Made by a program: the position numbers and the translations under genes
Shown: one piece after another, positions 24,701-37,800 of the stretch
Numbering within the stretch: the first letter of the stretch is position 1
How the letters are laid out: each line of letters opens with the position of its first letter
The notes under the pieces: generated by a model
Told to the model about the DNA's origin: nothing
Seen by the model: the letters and a program-made list of their open reading frames with translations, nothing else
Database searches by the model: none
From: Lepidodermella squamata
Lineage: Eukaryota; Animalia; Gastrotricha
DNA length: 64,000 nucleotides
NCBI GenBank assembly: GCA_047495785.1
Contig: JBLDXI010000007.1
Coordinates: 3,038,001-3,102,000, forward strand
Direction: 5' to 3'

Positions 24701-26253
24701 ATTCCAAAAATTGCGTACCTATAATAAGTAAGATCATAGCTATAATAAGTCGAAGGACTTGATTTATAGGTGACATTTCGTCAGCGGCGTTTAAAAATTA
24801 ATGGTAATTTTAAACCTTGGCATACAGTTGTAGCATAAACGCTTTTGACAAAGGAAAAAAATTACCGAATTTTTTTTATAATGTAGGGGTTTATCACCCT
24901 AGCATATAGGGTTTCCATTTTTCTCCCTGCTTTATGGTCAAAAAAATTTCCACCGTCTTCTGACAATTTTCCAGCTTAAATACAAAAGGTTGCGCACAGC
25001 AAAAGTTACGCACAGAAAGTTACGCACGTGCGGTTGCGCTCTTGAGGTTGCGCTTACGGGAATTGACCGTCATGATTGATCAGCATAATTTAAAATAAAT
25101 TATCTTTGAATTCAGCATGAAATTCTGTATAAGACGCACTCTTCATTATAGAATTCATAAATTGCCTTAATGTCGTGAAAATATTCGAAAAGCGACCTTT
25201 TTCTTATCTAAAATTAGGTTCCGCAACAGGCAAATTTGGTTCCGCAAAAGGATATTCTGTTTTCTAATTTTGAAGAATTTCATGAATAATAATAGGAAAT
25301 TCCAATAAATAACCGAAATTTTTTGCATGAATTTCCGAATAAAGTCTAATCATCACTTTTGGAAAACTGGAATCTTTATCAATGAAATTCTTCGAAAAAT
25401 GACACTTAGCTAATTTATGAATTTTGGCTTTTCATTCAATTTTAACAATAATTTTAATATCAATGTTTCAGCTTCAATTCGAGAAATCTGTCGTCAATTC
25501 AAGTTTTCCGACCTATTTCAAAGTTCGAGAGACCTGCTTAAGCGAAAAGAAATTCTGTATGCTGTCGTTAGAGACATTGGCTACACGAAAATGACGCTGA
25601 GAGTCGATCGTGAACTTTTGCTGTGCTTACCCATCATGCTGGCTGGCATTTGCTCGAACCCAGGCGTAATTGAGGTGATATGTAACGGCGTTACCGGCGA
25701 ACCGTCCACTCATCACTTCGACTGGTTCAGCTATTTCAGCTTTTTGGAGGACAATAATTCGACGATCGGCGATTTCGATATTGACGAAAATGACGAAGTC
25801 GACGAAGTCGACGAAGTTCCAGCAAATAAAAAAACTGATCTCATGTTGAAATTTTTGATCACGCCCATGTTGAAGTCTGGCTTTTTGCACACGTGTAAAT
25901 TCAACGCTAGACTGGGCTGTTATCGCAGAAAGCCATGTGACATTTGCTTCTACGAACAAGCTGGCACGTTGAGTGGTGAAACGAAGCGTAGATACCTGTT
26001 ATTTGCCCTTCAATTCATGAAATGGAACTGCGTTGACTACTCCGGGTCCGGTAGGCCCTATCCCTTGTCACTTCAAGGCTTTTGCCGCCTGGCGATTTTG
26101 AAAAAATTACCGTTCGGTTTGAATAATCGGCAAAAGGCAATTGAAGGTCTGAATCTACCGGATAATTTGACGAATTTTCTCAAATTTTCCGATCTTGACT
26201 TTGAATGCGATTTGGACCTGGACGATGATGCTGCATCGGACTATTCTGACTGA
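21799..26253 (+). CDS. SOCS-box family gene B (~483 aa), join(21799..22468,25472..26253)
   Basis: Donor GTTAAT at 22469 and acceptor TTTCAG ending 25471 give a phase-1 in-frame join. ALFLFETGVHVN half-ankyrin. SOCS box YPLSLQGFCRLAILKKLP...AIEGLNLPDNLTNFLKF. The 3-kb intron is filled with nested elements. Confidence 0.8.
23604..25076. mobile_element. ~1.47-kb TIR element inside gene B intron, nested in an older TIR element (~23500-25255)
   Basis: tcatgatggttatgtcccgtaagcgcaacctc vs gaggttgcgcttacgggaattgaccgtcatga (inverted), with gcgcaacc/gcgtaac subrepeats. Outer inverted pair ccaaatttgcctg / caggcaaatttgg. Inner pair ttatttgctccaatagcagccc / gggctactattggaacaaataa (~23860-24030). Confidence 0.7.
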
Positions 26254-26338
26254 GTTGAAATATCTCGATTATTTGGCCTATTTTTCAATTTGAATTTTTG
26301 GGCTGATTTTTTGAATTTTTTTTAGGTTTTTTTGCAAA

Positions 26339-27927
26339 ATGGTTATTTCTTTCCCAAATCATGAAAGTCTTCCATGTTTTGAAATCGATCGACCCTGCCG
26401 ATTGGATTCCGAAGATTTTCGCCAATCTTTGACTTCAACCCTTGAGCGACTGGTCGAAAAACTTCAATCGAAGCATAGCTCAGTGGAAATACGGCTGAAA
26501 ACGCCGTCAACCCAGCATGGCTCAACTATGTACGAGTTCGTAGTTTTCGCCGTTCCGAAATCGATCTTCGGCTCGTACCTGATTTTAACGAAAGGATTTG
26601 ACGGTCGAACGATTGGCGACGTCCTTCTCGATTGCTGCATCGAATTATTGAATGAGCGTGGTCCAAGTCCGGAATTTACTTCACTAGACGCTATCATCCT
26701 TACCCTAGCTGCTTGTTTCAACAGAAAAGATGCGTTTGAGCGAGTTTTCGATTCGAAAATTTCCGAAATACCTCGTTGCTTTCTATTGGCCTTGCCTGAG
26801 ATTGCCATCATCTCCAGCTCAACCGTTCTGTATTACCGAAACAGGCCTCTTCGCGTGTCGATGAATTCCGGCAAAAGTTGGGCAGTTTCGAAGCTGCTCG
26901 AAGCCGGCGCATTCGTCAATCCAGAAATTTCTCGAAGTAATTTCACTTTTATTTTTAAACGCTGAAATAAATTTTTTGATTTTTGAATATTTTAAAATTC
27001 CATTCAATTAAATATTTTAATAATTAAATATTGGATTGTATGTATTCATTTTCAAAATTTAAATTTTTTTAAATTTGAAATTTTTGGAACATTTTTTTAA
27101 ATTTCTTAAAATTTGAAATTTTTTTAAATTCAGCTGCTATTAGGTTTGCGATGATAGAATATGGCCGTCACCCGTTGGACCCTGATTTAAAATCACTGGA
27201 ACTCGATGAAGTCAATAGAAATCTTCGCTATTTGTTGGAAAAATTGCCAAAATCCACATTTTCTAATCGAAATTTTGTCAATTTTATTTGCGGCTTTATC
27301 CGAATCGCTTGCCATTTTCCTGATTTTATCAATCAAGTCTACGATGCCTTCATTTCAAGTTGCGATTATCCATCGATAAATTGGTTCGCAATTTTCAACT
27401 GGGACATGCTCAGGTCCAGTGAAGATGACAGATTCGCTGCAACTTGTCTGCGCCTTAAATTCAACGCTCTTCAAGCTCTACGATCCGGAGTTCGACCTTC
27501 ACCCGATTCCAGTTTGGATTTAACTATAAATCAGCAGAAACTCGTTGAACACAGCCTGTTTCTGAGCAAATTTGACGTCGAAATCGCTCGAAAATTCTAC
27601 TTGTCTTCTCTCAATTTTATCGGACTAAAAAGTTGCACGTCCGATGCGATGCTTCGCGCGTATAAAAATGCCTGTCGTAAGGTGAAAAATGCCCCGGAAT
27701 TGGCGAGTTACCTAGAAGCTATCCGAGCTTTCCCATTTTCGCTGCAAGATTTCAGCCGACGGGCCATCGTGCGAAGCCTGCCGATGGGTGTTGAAGCTCG
27801 CCGAGTGGCGATCAAGTCACTGCAACTGCCGCTGTGTCTCGAAAACTATTTGAATTTCTGCGACTTAGATTTTGACGTTGATTCTAAATTCTTCGCTAAT
27901 TTTTCTGGTCTAGATCGTGATGATTAG
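26339..27927 (+). CDS. SOCS-box family gene C (~463 aa), join(26339..26936,27134..27927)
   Basis: Donor GTAATT at 26937 and acceptor ATTCAG ending 27133, phase 1. AVSKLLEAGAFVN half-ankyrin. SOCS box FPFSLQDFSRRAIVRSLP...AIKSLQLPLCLENYLNF. Confidence 0.87.
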
Positions 27928-28418
27928 CATTTTAATATCAAGTCTCATTTAATGATTATTGTAAATGATGATATAGCAGCTCGGGCTCTGAAATCTCAAA
28001 AATAAAAACTTGTGATAGCCATAATTTTGATTTTTTTTTAACCCTTCATTTTAATATTAGCAACCGCATTTCGTCTCATTTTGTTTAGTGATGAGACGTT
28101 GGCCTATAATTCATTTTTTATATGTTTAGATTTTGGCCATAATTTGTTATCGGTGAATTTTTTTGGAGCTATTTTATATCGAACCAATTCTGAGGTGAGT
28201 CTGATATTTTCAACATACCTTTTCTCATTTTTTTTCATTTTTGTTCCACTGAGTCGTAGGGACAATGACGGGAAAATAGCAGTTTATGATTAAATTGCTG
28301 GCCTAGTTGCCGTAGTTCTTGCGTTTTTTTCAAAATCACTTGAAATAATAATTTCTTAAAATTTTGGATTTACCGGTTCCACTAAGTACTGTACTGACCT
28401 CCGATGTTTTCATCGATC

Positions 28419-29276
28419 TGTAGCTTCGTCGCACTTATCCTAAGAAGTAGAGGTTTATTACACTTTGATAGAATAGAAAATTACACTTTGATGGCTGTGT
28501 AAATTACACTTTGATAAGTAGATGAATCATATTATTGTCGATTTTTTTCTGCTGCGCAGCTCTTCGAGAAAATACGCTAAGTCAGAGATTTCAGCTGATA
28601 GCTGATCACTCAAACAACAAGACAATACTTTGCCCCCATTACCATGCGAGCGGAGCGAGCATGTGAGCCGGCCTCGATAGTTTTTTTTGTGTTGAGTCAT
28701 AAGTACGGGGAGAGTTTTCGAAATTACCAAAGTTTCAAGTGATACTTTTTGATTGGGGTCCCGTGCTACGATGGGTTACGTTACTTCTTGGTCAATGATT
28801 TGCATATGCACACGTGCTTGTGTGTGCAAAAAATGCTGTGCGCGCGTGCGAACCGAAACAAAAAAACTAGCAACACGAGCTGGGAGCGATCTCTCAGCGC
28901 CAATTCAGCTGCACTGCTGATGGTTTTTCGCAATAAAAACTGTCGCGCATATGCAAATCAACGCCATTTCTTTGCCGCATCTCACTAAAAAAGGTGGTGA
29001 TTGCTTTTTAATTGAAGGTTACGCATTATTACCAGCTAGTTATTCTGCCCGTTTTACGCTCTAGTAGTTTACTGCGATGAAGCTAGTTTTTTGGAGGGGC
29101 ACCTCAGCCCCCTGGGGAAAGCTGGCTGGTAGCTTTTTGGGAGGCCTTTCACTAGGTCTTCAAAAAGCTGCCAGCTTAGTTTTCCCCAAGGGAGCTGAGG
29201 TGCCCCTTTTTAAAGCTAGTTTTATCAAAGTGTAATTTTCATTTATCAAAGTCTAGGGTATGCGTCGAAACTGCAG
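28419..29276. mobile_element. Degenerate TIR element with internal hairpin
   Basis: attacactttgata repeats at ~28457-28515 are inverted against tatcaaagtgtaat at ~29223. Internal palindrome ggggcacctcagc...gctgaggtgcccc (~29096-29205). Confidence 0.55.
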
Positions 29277-29997
29277 TATGAATCGTAATGTGCTGCTGCA
29301 TGTTGTAGTATTTATATTTTTCTATTATGTTGGCCATTTTACGTTGAATCCTCGTCCTGACTCATAAGCACGCATTTTATACTATCTCGAATTAATAGCA
29401 GTTTTTACACAGCTCATATAGCTTACCATGTTGAATTTATGCCTGACTTTATTGTCGTGATACTATTTTCAGGTATTTTTCAAAACTAACCGCAACCGTT
29501 TACTAAAAAAATTGCATTAGCTCCTAAAGCAAAATGATAAACCAACTGCAGTTCTTAGAAAATAATGTTCCTAAAAATAAATGTTTATCTGGAAATAATT
29601 TATTTTCTAGAGTATTTAATTTCTCGAATTGCTAGAAGACTCGACGATTTCACATTTTTGGCTGTCACAAATTCGCAAACAAATGATTTTATTGTCAAAT
29701 TTGGAATGAAGAGGCCTTTTTAAATATCATGAAAACAGCAGATTTTCTAAAAAATCTCAACCTATCCGTAAATTTCTAAGGCATTGGGTTCAACACGGAA
29801 AATTTGACGAACTATTCAACCTCTTCTCTCGAGTTGTGATTTGAACAATTATATAAGAAATATGTACACTACCCTATTAGACGATATTTTCCTGCTGAAT
29901 ACAAACTTCCATTACAAAAACAATATGGATTGATATGACGTTATTTGTTTTATATGTTCCGTGTACCTATTTAGACTAATTACTGTTTGACGCGAAC

Positions 29998-31456
29998 ATG
30001 AATTTCGATTGGAGAAAGTACCTGCCAAAAAGCGATTTCGATGCAGATAGCTTGCTTATATCCCCAGAACTTCTTGAGCAAATGACAACATCCGTCGACC
30101 TATTGATAGCTGATTGCACTCAAAAACTCAATCTGAATTCTGGTAGTCTGAAAATGATGGCCGAAGTCAACGGCACGTGGGAACATCAGTACCACTTCAG
30201 CTTATCTCTAGTCCCAAAATGTTATTCTGAGGACTTTGTTGTAGTGGCGAAATCAACCGAGCCGGAAATTCTGGCCCGATCGATCATCGATCACTGTATG
30301 AAAGCCATTTTCGACTCCGGAGACGATAAATCTTCAACCTTTATACCGGAAGATGTTATCGCCTCGTATCTAGCCATTTGCTTCGAAGACCGAGATACTT
30401 TGAAGCGAATCCTCGACTCGAAGAAATACGTCATTCCTCCTCAAGTTTTAGGGGCGTTACTGATTACTTCTTTCGGCGAGCGCGAAACACGCAGTGGCAT
30501 CAGAAGATGGGCAGTTGTCAGTCTCATCGAAGCTGGGGTTGATTTCAACTACTTGATGTCAGCTTTCGATAACTTTGACGAATTTTTTCACCATGGCACC
30601 TGGGGAATGGCCCCCGAGTTCAAAAGTGTGCGCAAATTTTACCGAACTTCAAACTTCTATTTTCCCTGATTTTTCAGACCCTTTCGAAATCATCATGGAT
30701 GAGTACGAAAGTGTTGCTATGAATTCTCCGGAAATGGGGGAATTGACCAAAATTGTTCAAGCTTTCATCGACACCGACTGGAAGGAAAACGTCGTAGAAT
30801 GGATGGGCTACCTTATCAATCCTTACTTGAATCTACGTGCATTCGCGCGGAATCCGAAATTGTTCGTAAAATCACTTGAAGAGTACTGCAGCGTGGGAAA
30901 GGCCGGATTTGAAGAGTACGATAAGATAACATTCAACATCGTATCGTTTCTACATCACTCTCACCATTCACGCATCGCCGATGCATACCTTAGACATCAT
31001 TTGGTGTCAAAGTTCATCATCCTTCCAGTTTTACGATCAGGCATTCATGAATTCGGCTGCTATTTCCCGAAGCTTAATGATGAAGATTTTTTGAACGAAT
31101 TGGTGAGATATTGGCTGGAAATGGAGAGTTTGCTGTCTGAAGTCGACCGTCAGAGGCTGTTTACGTCTGTAATGATTTGGGCTGATTGCAGCAAATCTTA
31201 CGATCTTTCGCGGATTCGAAGTGTTTACGATCAAGTTAGCGAAGAACTTGGCGTTACAAGCCCGTCTTTCCTTGAAAAGTTTAGCCGATATCCGTTGTCA
31301 CTGCAGAACTTATGCCGTAGTTCAATCTTGCGCCATTTCCCATTTGGGTTTACAGAGCGTTCGAAGGCTATTCATAAACTGGACGCTCCGTCCTGCATAC
31401 ATGACTATTTAACATTTAGTGATTTGGATTTGGATATTGACTCTCGCTATTTGTGA
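29998..31456 (+). CDS. SOCS-box family gene D (~468 aa), join(29998..30625,30678..31456)
   Basis: 52-bp phase-1 intron (GT at 30626, TTTCAG ending 30677). AVVSLIEAGVDFN half-ankyrin. SOCS box YPLSLQNLCRSSILRHFP...AIHKLDAPSCIHDYLTF. Confidence 0.87.
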
Positions 31457-31812
31457 ATGTACCTAAGATTTTCGGTTTTAGAGTGATAGTTGATAGATTT
31501 TTGAGTTTAATAAAACAGCTCAGTTGGACTTTATAGATAGTGTTATCTTTTATATCACCCAATTTACAAGTTATAATAGAGTTTAAAGCTTATTGACAGT
31601 GCGAAACCCAGAGATTCGTACATGCCGAAGAAATGGTGCGGTTTTTGTTTATTTTCACTCAACAAAACCTCCAATCTCCAGTCAAGCAAACTGCTAACAT
31701 CCTTATGTGACTGAGTCGTATCAATCTGATTGTAAGTTAAACATAAATTGCCACGATTTCCGAATTTAAGGAAATTCTTCACGCAGAGCAATTGTTAAGC
31801 TTGGCTGCGTTC

Positions 31813-34800
31813 TCACTGACGGGTGATTCGCCAACGCATGGCCGACAAGCCAACGGCTGTATTGTTGAAATCATTGGCGTACATGCCGAACTTCCCCGTC
31901 GACAGGGCTTCACCAGGACGGTAGGGCCCGGTGAGCAACCCATTGATGCAGGTAGGCGAGGCAGCGTACCACCAGCCTGAGAAGGCATACGAACCCAGGC
32001 AGGCTGAATTTGCGGATGGTGGGGAATCTTTAGCCAAGAATATTTGATTATTCATGCTTGTTGCCATTGTGCCTGTTGTCGACAGAACGATGCGGTAGTT
32101 GTCACTGGCTGGTGAGATTTTCAGCGGCTGGCTTGGGCCGCCAAAGAGCGAAGGAAACGACCCACCAGCAATGCTTCCATCAAATGCATAGGTATAGTTG
32201 AATTGGCTTGTCAGTTGGGACATGGTGTCCAAACCCAGCCAATACTCCCCGTTCGGATTACCGAAGAATTGCTGGTACTCATCAAGGCGGCGATTGCTGA
32301 ACCTAGTGACCCCATTGTTACGATTGGCCAAGATCGTCCAACCTCTGTTGCTTGCAGTATCCATTTCGCAGTAAGTCATAGTTGCTATTGAAGTTAATGT
32401 TGGTTGGATTAGGTAGGTTCCACTTGCCCTGTAGCCATTTGTGAATAGGCTAGAACAGTCTCGAGGCATGTAGCAGCTATGGAGGGTTTCCAAACAGCTG
32501 CAGACGTACATGTCCGTATGTGGCATGGCAGCACAGTTCCTGGTCAAGGTGCATCGGGTTGAATCAAGGGTGCAAATGTGATGCAATCTCTGTTTGCACA
32601 ACAAATTTATCCCTCAATGTTATTTGAGCCACGGTACTACTTACAGTTTCAAGCTGAAAAAATGCCGAAGGCACTCTCGTAGTAGAAACTGTAGCCGGGG
32701 CGGCGTTGAAGTTCAATGGATCAGCCTCTGGAATATTGTCATTAAGCTGACATAACCCTGAGCTTGAGTCGAAATTGATGGATCTACATTTTCGATTAGA
32801 TCGGCACAGTTGGAGACACGTAACATAGGTTAAACCAGTGAAGTTGGCGACACTGTGTTGATATACCGCAAAGCCGCTCTGCATCCGATATGAATCAATA
32901 GATGACGCATTGATCATCGAGTTCAATTCTAAATGAATTTATGAAAAGATATGGACGAAGCAAAGGAATAGATTTACTCGAGCCGCAAGGGCCGTCTGTT
33001 ATACTAATATCGTCCAAGCCGAGCTCAGCGTATTGCGATGAAGCCGAATACGTAATTCGGATGTTGAAAGGTGAGTTGGAGCTGATCGTTGTAGAAATGC
33101 GCCGCCAATCGTAACCAGTAGTGCCAGCACGGATTCTGTACACCGCGCTTGAGTTTCTTGATATGGTCAAAGTTCCGACTGATCTCCCACGAAGGTTGTA
33201 GTAAACCTGAAAGCAAACAGTCGATGCGCCTGGGATTGTGGGGCTCACCAGGCTGGCGAAAGAGCCAGCAGGTCCGCCTGTTCCAGGAGCATAGGCGTAG
33301 AAACCACCTGCATAAGCGCCAGTGTTATCGCCTTCCGGACCACTTATGGGAGAACCCGGTGTCTTGCCCCGGCGGACGGTGAATTTGCGATTGGCTGCTG
33401 GATCGTTGATCCAGGCACAGGTGTCACCTCGCTCGAAGCTGCAAGAAAAAGACCGATCTTGAGGGCACGAACCACGGAGTAGAACCACATCATCGATCGC
33501 AATATCACCTCGGTCACCGTTGCCTCGGATCGCTTCGAATGTAAGGATTTGAGGGTGATTCAACTGCAGGGGAACCAACGCGCGTAGCCAATAGTTGGCC
33601 TGTGACCCTGACCGTCCAAAAACTTGAATTTCACGATATGGGGGGTAGTTTCCACCATAAGTTGACGATGCGTTTTGGGGAACGTAGAAAACTCGTAAGG
33701 ATCCGAGATCGCTGCCCCACATGTGGTAGAAAAAGGTGAGGCAGTGGTTGCCAGCAGCGATCGGTGGCATGTGAATTCTAGCTCGTGCCCCAGACTTTAC
33801 ACCGGTTGCGTCAAAGTACAAGTAATATCCCGCGCCTGTTCGTTGGTCTGCATTCGGTCCTGTTAATCCGTTTCCCGCTGGAGTTTCTCCCGTGTTTCGT
33901 TCCCAGTCGCTATCATCAGTTTCATTTTGACGCCACCCGCAGTCCGCAATACTCGTAGGAGAATCGAAGTCACAATCCATGTATCCCATGCAAAGATCAG
34001 TTCCATTTCTAACGTAGATATCATCGATTTGAATTGCTCCGAATCTTTGATAGTGAGTGAAACCGTCAAAGAGAGCCGAGCTGCTCGTAAAGGTCAGTAC
34101 AGTTGGCGTTAGCTCATTCAGCAAAATGCGATGTTCTCGCCACGTTGGCGATTGATCACCCTGAACGGCGAACAAGAATCGCCCGGTTTGATCGCTGAGA
34201 CGAAATTCACCAGCGTCGTAGCCGAACTGAAAATAGTGGAAAATGACGCATCGGAGACCGGCGGGGACGGCTGGACCGCTCAGCCGGGTGACTCCCGTCA
34301 ACGAAGTACCTAGGTCATTATCGGCGTTCAAGTAGTTGCCCTCGCCTGTGTAGTCTGACTGAGGGCCGGTTCGCTGATGCGTGGCTGGAAGGTCGAATGA
34401 GTTGCATGTCCAAACGTCATCGCTAAATCTTATCGGTCGCCATTGCGGCAAGTTCAAGTCAGTGCAATAGAAAAAATTGGCGTCGTTTATCGAATCAGTC
34501 GCATCCTGCCACGTTGGCAGAGGTCGAATGCTGTTTGTTGTATAAGTTGCGTATAGAGAGTTTGGTGTAACAGTACAAGGTCCGTCAAATAGCATAAAAT
34601 CGTCGACAGCTTGGTTAGCCAGGCCTTTTCCGTCGCAAACGCTCCAGATCCGCAAGCTGACGCGATAGTCCACCGGGAAGTTCAGTTCAACTTGAAATGT
34701 TCTCCATGTAAGAGCCGTACCATCAACATTACCGGTTACAACCCAGCCAGGTTGAGGAGCCATACCGGGCGTGACTGCTGTTATTACTTCAATTTTATTG

Positions 34801-37800
34801 GAGGAAGCTGATCGGTAGCTACGGAAGCGGAAGCATCGCGGCCCTGTTGGTTTGATAATTGGCGAGCTAAGTTCTGTATACAAGCTTGTGCAGGTTGGCG
34901 TTGCTTTATCTGCAGTCATCAAGTAGTAGCCACGGGTATCTAGTATAGTTCTTTCAACTCCATTCCATGATGAATAAGGCTTAACTTACTTCCCTGGTTC
35001 CAGTCCCAATTTGGACCATTTTGTTTGAAGTCATTTTCCCATTGGCCCCCAAGGCCTGACCAGACATCAATATCCATGGAGCCTCCTGTAACGGGGTCAT
35101 CTCCGTCACCATCCACATTCCACCAACCACACAAATGCTTGTTATCGAACGTGCAGTTGAATGTTAAATACTGGGCTTTCAGTTTATCGACCTCGCAAAC
35201 TAATGCTCTCGTTGTTGTTGATGATATGCCGAGAAAACCAGCTGAGCTCATCGCCATGTACCCAGCGGATCCCGGGTTTCCTGATGCCCAAGCTTATGAA
35301 ATGAGCATTTCAGCTGAGTAAACTTGTTTGGAAAAAGAAAAATAGCAACTAACGCAAAAATTGGATTGGATAACCGTCTGCGTCAAGCCAATCGGTTCCA
35401 GATTTCCATCCGTCTATGACGATTGTTGTAGATCCGATTATGGTTTTCAAAAAATTGAGCTCGGCTTGGTTCTCCGGTCTTGCTGGTGTTGAGTGAAATC
35501 GTCTACGGCACCACCAGACCGCATTAAACGAACCGGTTGGAACAGCAGTGACTTGCAGCAACGGGTAGTAGCATTTCCTGCCAAATTCGACCCAATCTTT
35601 TGGGCACGGCGCTGAATAACGATGGTAATGACTTCAAATCTCTGAATATCACGTGCGAATAACCTGGTGAGTCACAGAAACCTTCCGTGACACGTATGTT
35701 GTCAATCGCAACATCTGAGTATTTCGAGATGCCAGTTGCAGAAGTGATGGAAATCTGCAAGATATGGCGGCTAATCTTGAAACCAGCTGATTCACAACTT
35801 ATATTATTAATACCTGGTCAGGAGAGCTAAGGTATATTGTTTTCGTAGCCAATCGCCATTGTTTCAATTGGAAGCCACTTCTGCGCCAGAACTGTTGCCC
35901 AGAAATGAATAACGATGCGGCTAGATAATTGGCGTCAGCTCCCGCCATGTAATACCAGAACGAGATGCATCGCCAGCCAGGCTGTATCACAGGAGATATT
36001 AGCCGGGCCACCTTACTATTGAGACCAATTGCAGCAGCGTTCATCAAAGCGTATTGGTCAAGTGCTAATCAAAAAAGAAGAATCAACTACAAACATGGAA
36101 GTATAGCGAGAATGCATTTTAGAGACGAAGGCGAGTGCTAAATTTGCTTTTTAGGTCTCCTTTACGTTGAACTCACCATCGCTTCGCTGCTTTGAAATTC
36201 CGAAACGTGGACCTGTTGTGAAAATCTGAGGTTGCCCCGTGGGCGTAGCGTCATGCCCCAAGGTCCAGTCGCCATCGTCGTTAGTATCTTGAGTCCAACC
36301 GCAGAAATCAGAGTCGAAATCGCAGTTGACTTCGCCAACTTGTCGACTGGTTTCATTGTACATTGCCGAGTCCATGAGGTATGACTGGCACATGCCCATA
36401 AGTTGCGATATTTCGTCCTGCATTAACATTCTTGCGTAAACCGTCAAGCATGCAACTTTTGCTTTCAAGTTTTCCCCACTATTTATCCGTTTTCCGAGAT
36501 TGAAGCCGTATGTCGACGCGACGCTGGGCACTGAGTTCCACATTCCAAGTAGAGCTGAGTCGCGAAACATTGCAACTTGCCCGTTCTTTGAATCATATCT
36601 TACTGTGACGAACTGCCACTGTTGCCAATTGTAACCATCCACAGCTGTATAAAATCCATTCTGAAAATTGACGAAAAACGTAGAGGCATAGACCCAGATA
36701 TGGAAACCAGGTTGATTTCCTGCGACTAGATATTCAAGAAGCGGACCGCCAGCAGAGTCCATGTTTTTCACGTAACACGAAATTGTCCAAGATCCTGTTC
36801 CCAGGTTTAGATCAGCGTAAGGAAAGTTGATGTAGCTGTTCGTGTCGTTCCCAATCTGAAACGCAGTATTTGGAACGCCGAAGGGTCCATCAGTCAACAC
36901 GACATTTGATGACTTGGGAACACCATGAAGCTCGTTGCCACTAATATCCAGTGTTCCGGTCAGTCCCGTAAGAGGCCAAAACCCATAGAGTTCAGGAAAA
37001 ATTGCAGGTCTACGATGGCCAGACAAGCACGCATCCATGACGTCTTTTATTTGGGCTGAATTTAGCGCAACCTGATACATGGACAAGCACGACATTTGCC
37101 CTACCCATGGAACCTTGTCAGACGCAGTCCACGGTATGCCCAACAGGAAGCCAAGTGTGGGAGATATCCCAACGTTGACTGCTCCGGTGACCCTTGAGTA
37201 AATTTGAGCCCCGTTGGAATAGAACAACAATTTGCCATCTCTCTTATCAAAAGTTACTGACAGAAAGATCCACTGCGAGTAGTCAATACCGTCGACAACT
37301 GGATCTACGCCTTGATTGCTGTTGGCAAATATGTTAACGTGGAATTGAGTAGCAGTGCCGTGTCGGTACACGCTCAAACCACCGTAACCGGCCTCGCCGA
37401 ACATTAAAATGCCCATCCGACTCGCAGTGGATGACTTCACAAAAACATTGATAGTAAAAGCGCTTTTCATGGCAGTGAAGTCGCTGACAACAGAACCCCA
37501 AGCGTTTGAAGCTCCGTTGAAATTCAATGCTGTATTAGTTATGTTACTGGGACCGGTTGTGACTGTAATACCCGCGATCTGATCGAAGACGCCGTGTCTT
37601 TGATTTCCGCTGATGTCCTCGAATACCTTGTTGCTGTCGTAGCCATCCAAGGGCCACCATCCCATCAGACTATTCGGGGCGAAAACTTCGTATTGACGCT
37701 GAAGTTTGCTGCACATAACCTTGACCTGCGCCAGCTCTTCAGCTGTCAAAGTTTTGTTATAGATACTCAGACAAGAAAGACGCGAAATCGAAGGTTTTCC

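Noticed and set aside
30575-30669. Overlapping ORFs as two genes or a frameshift
   Set aside because: Explained by a 52-bp phase-1 intron matching the family's conserved intron.
2438-31456. Recent viral or bacterial (ANK-BC-box effector) horizontal origin of the SOCS array
   Set aside because: A conserved spliceosomal intron and the absence of viral or bacterial neighbours give no support; an ancient origin is untestable here.
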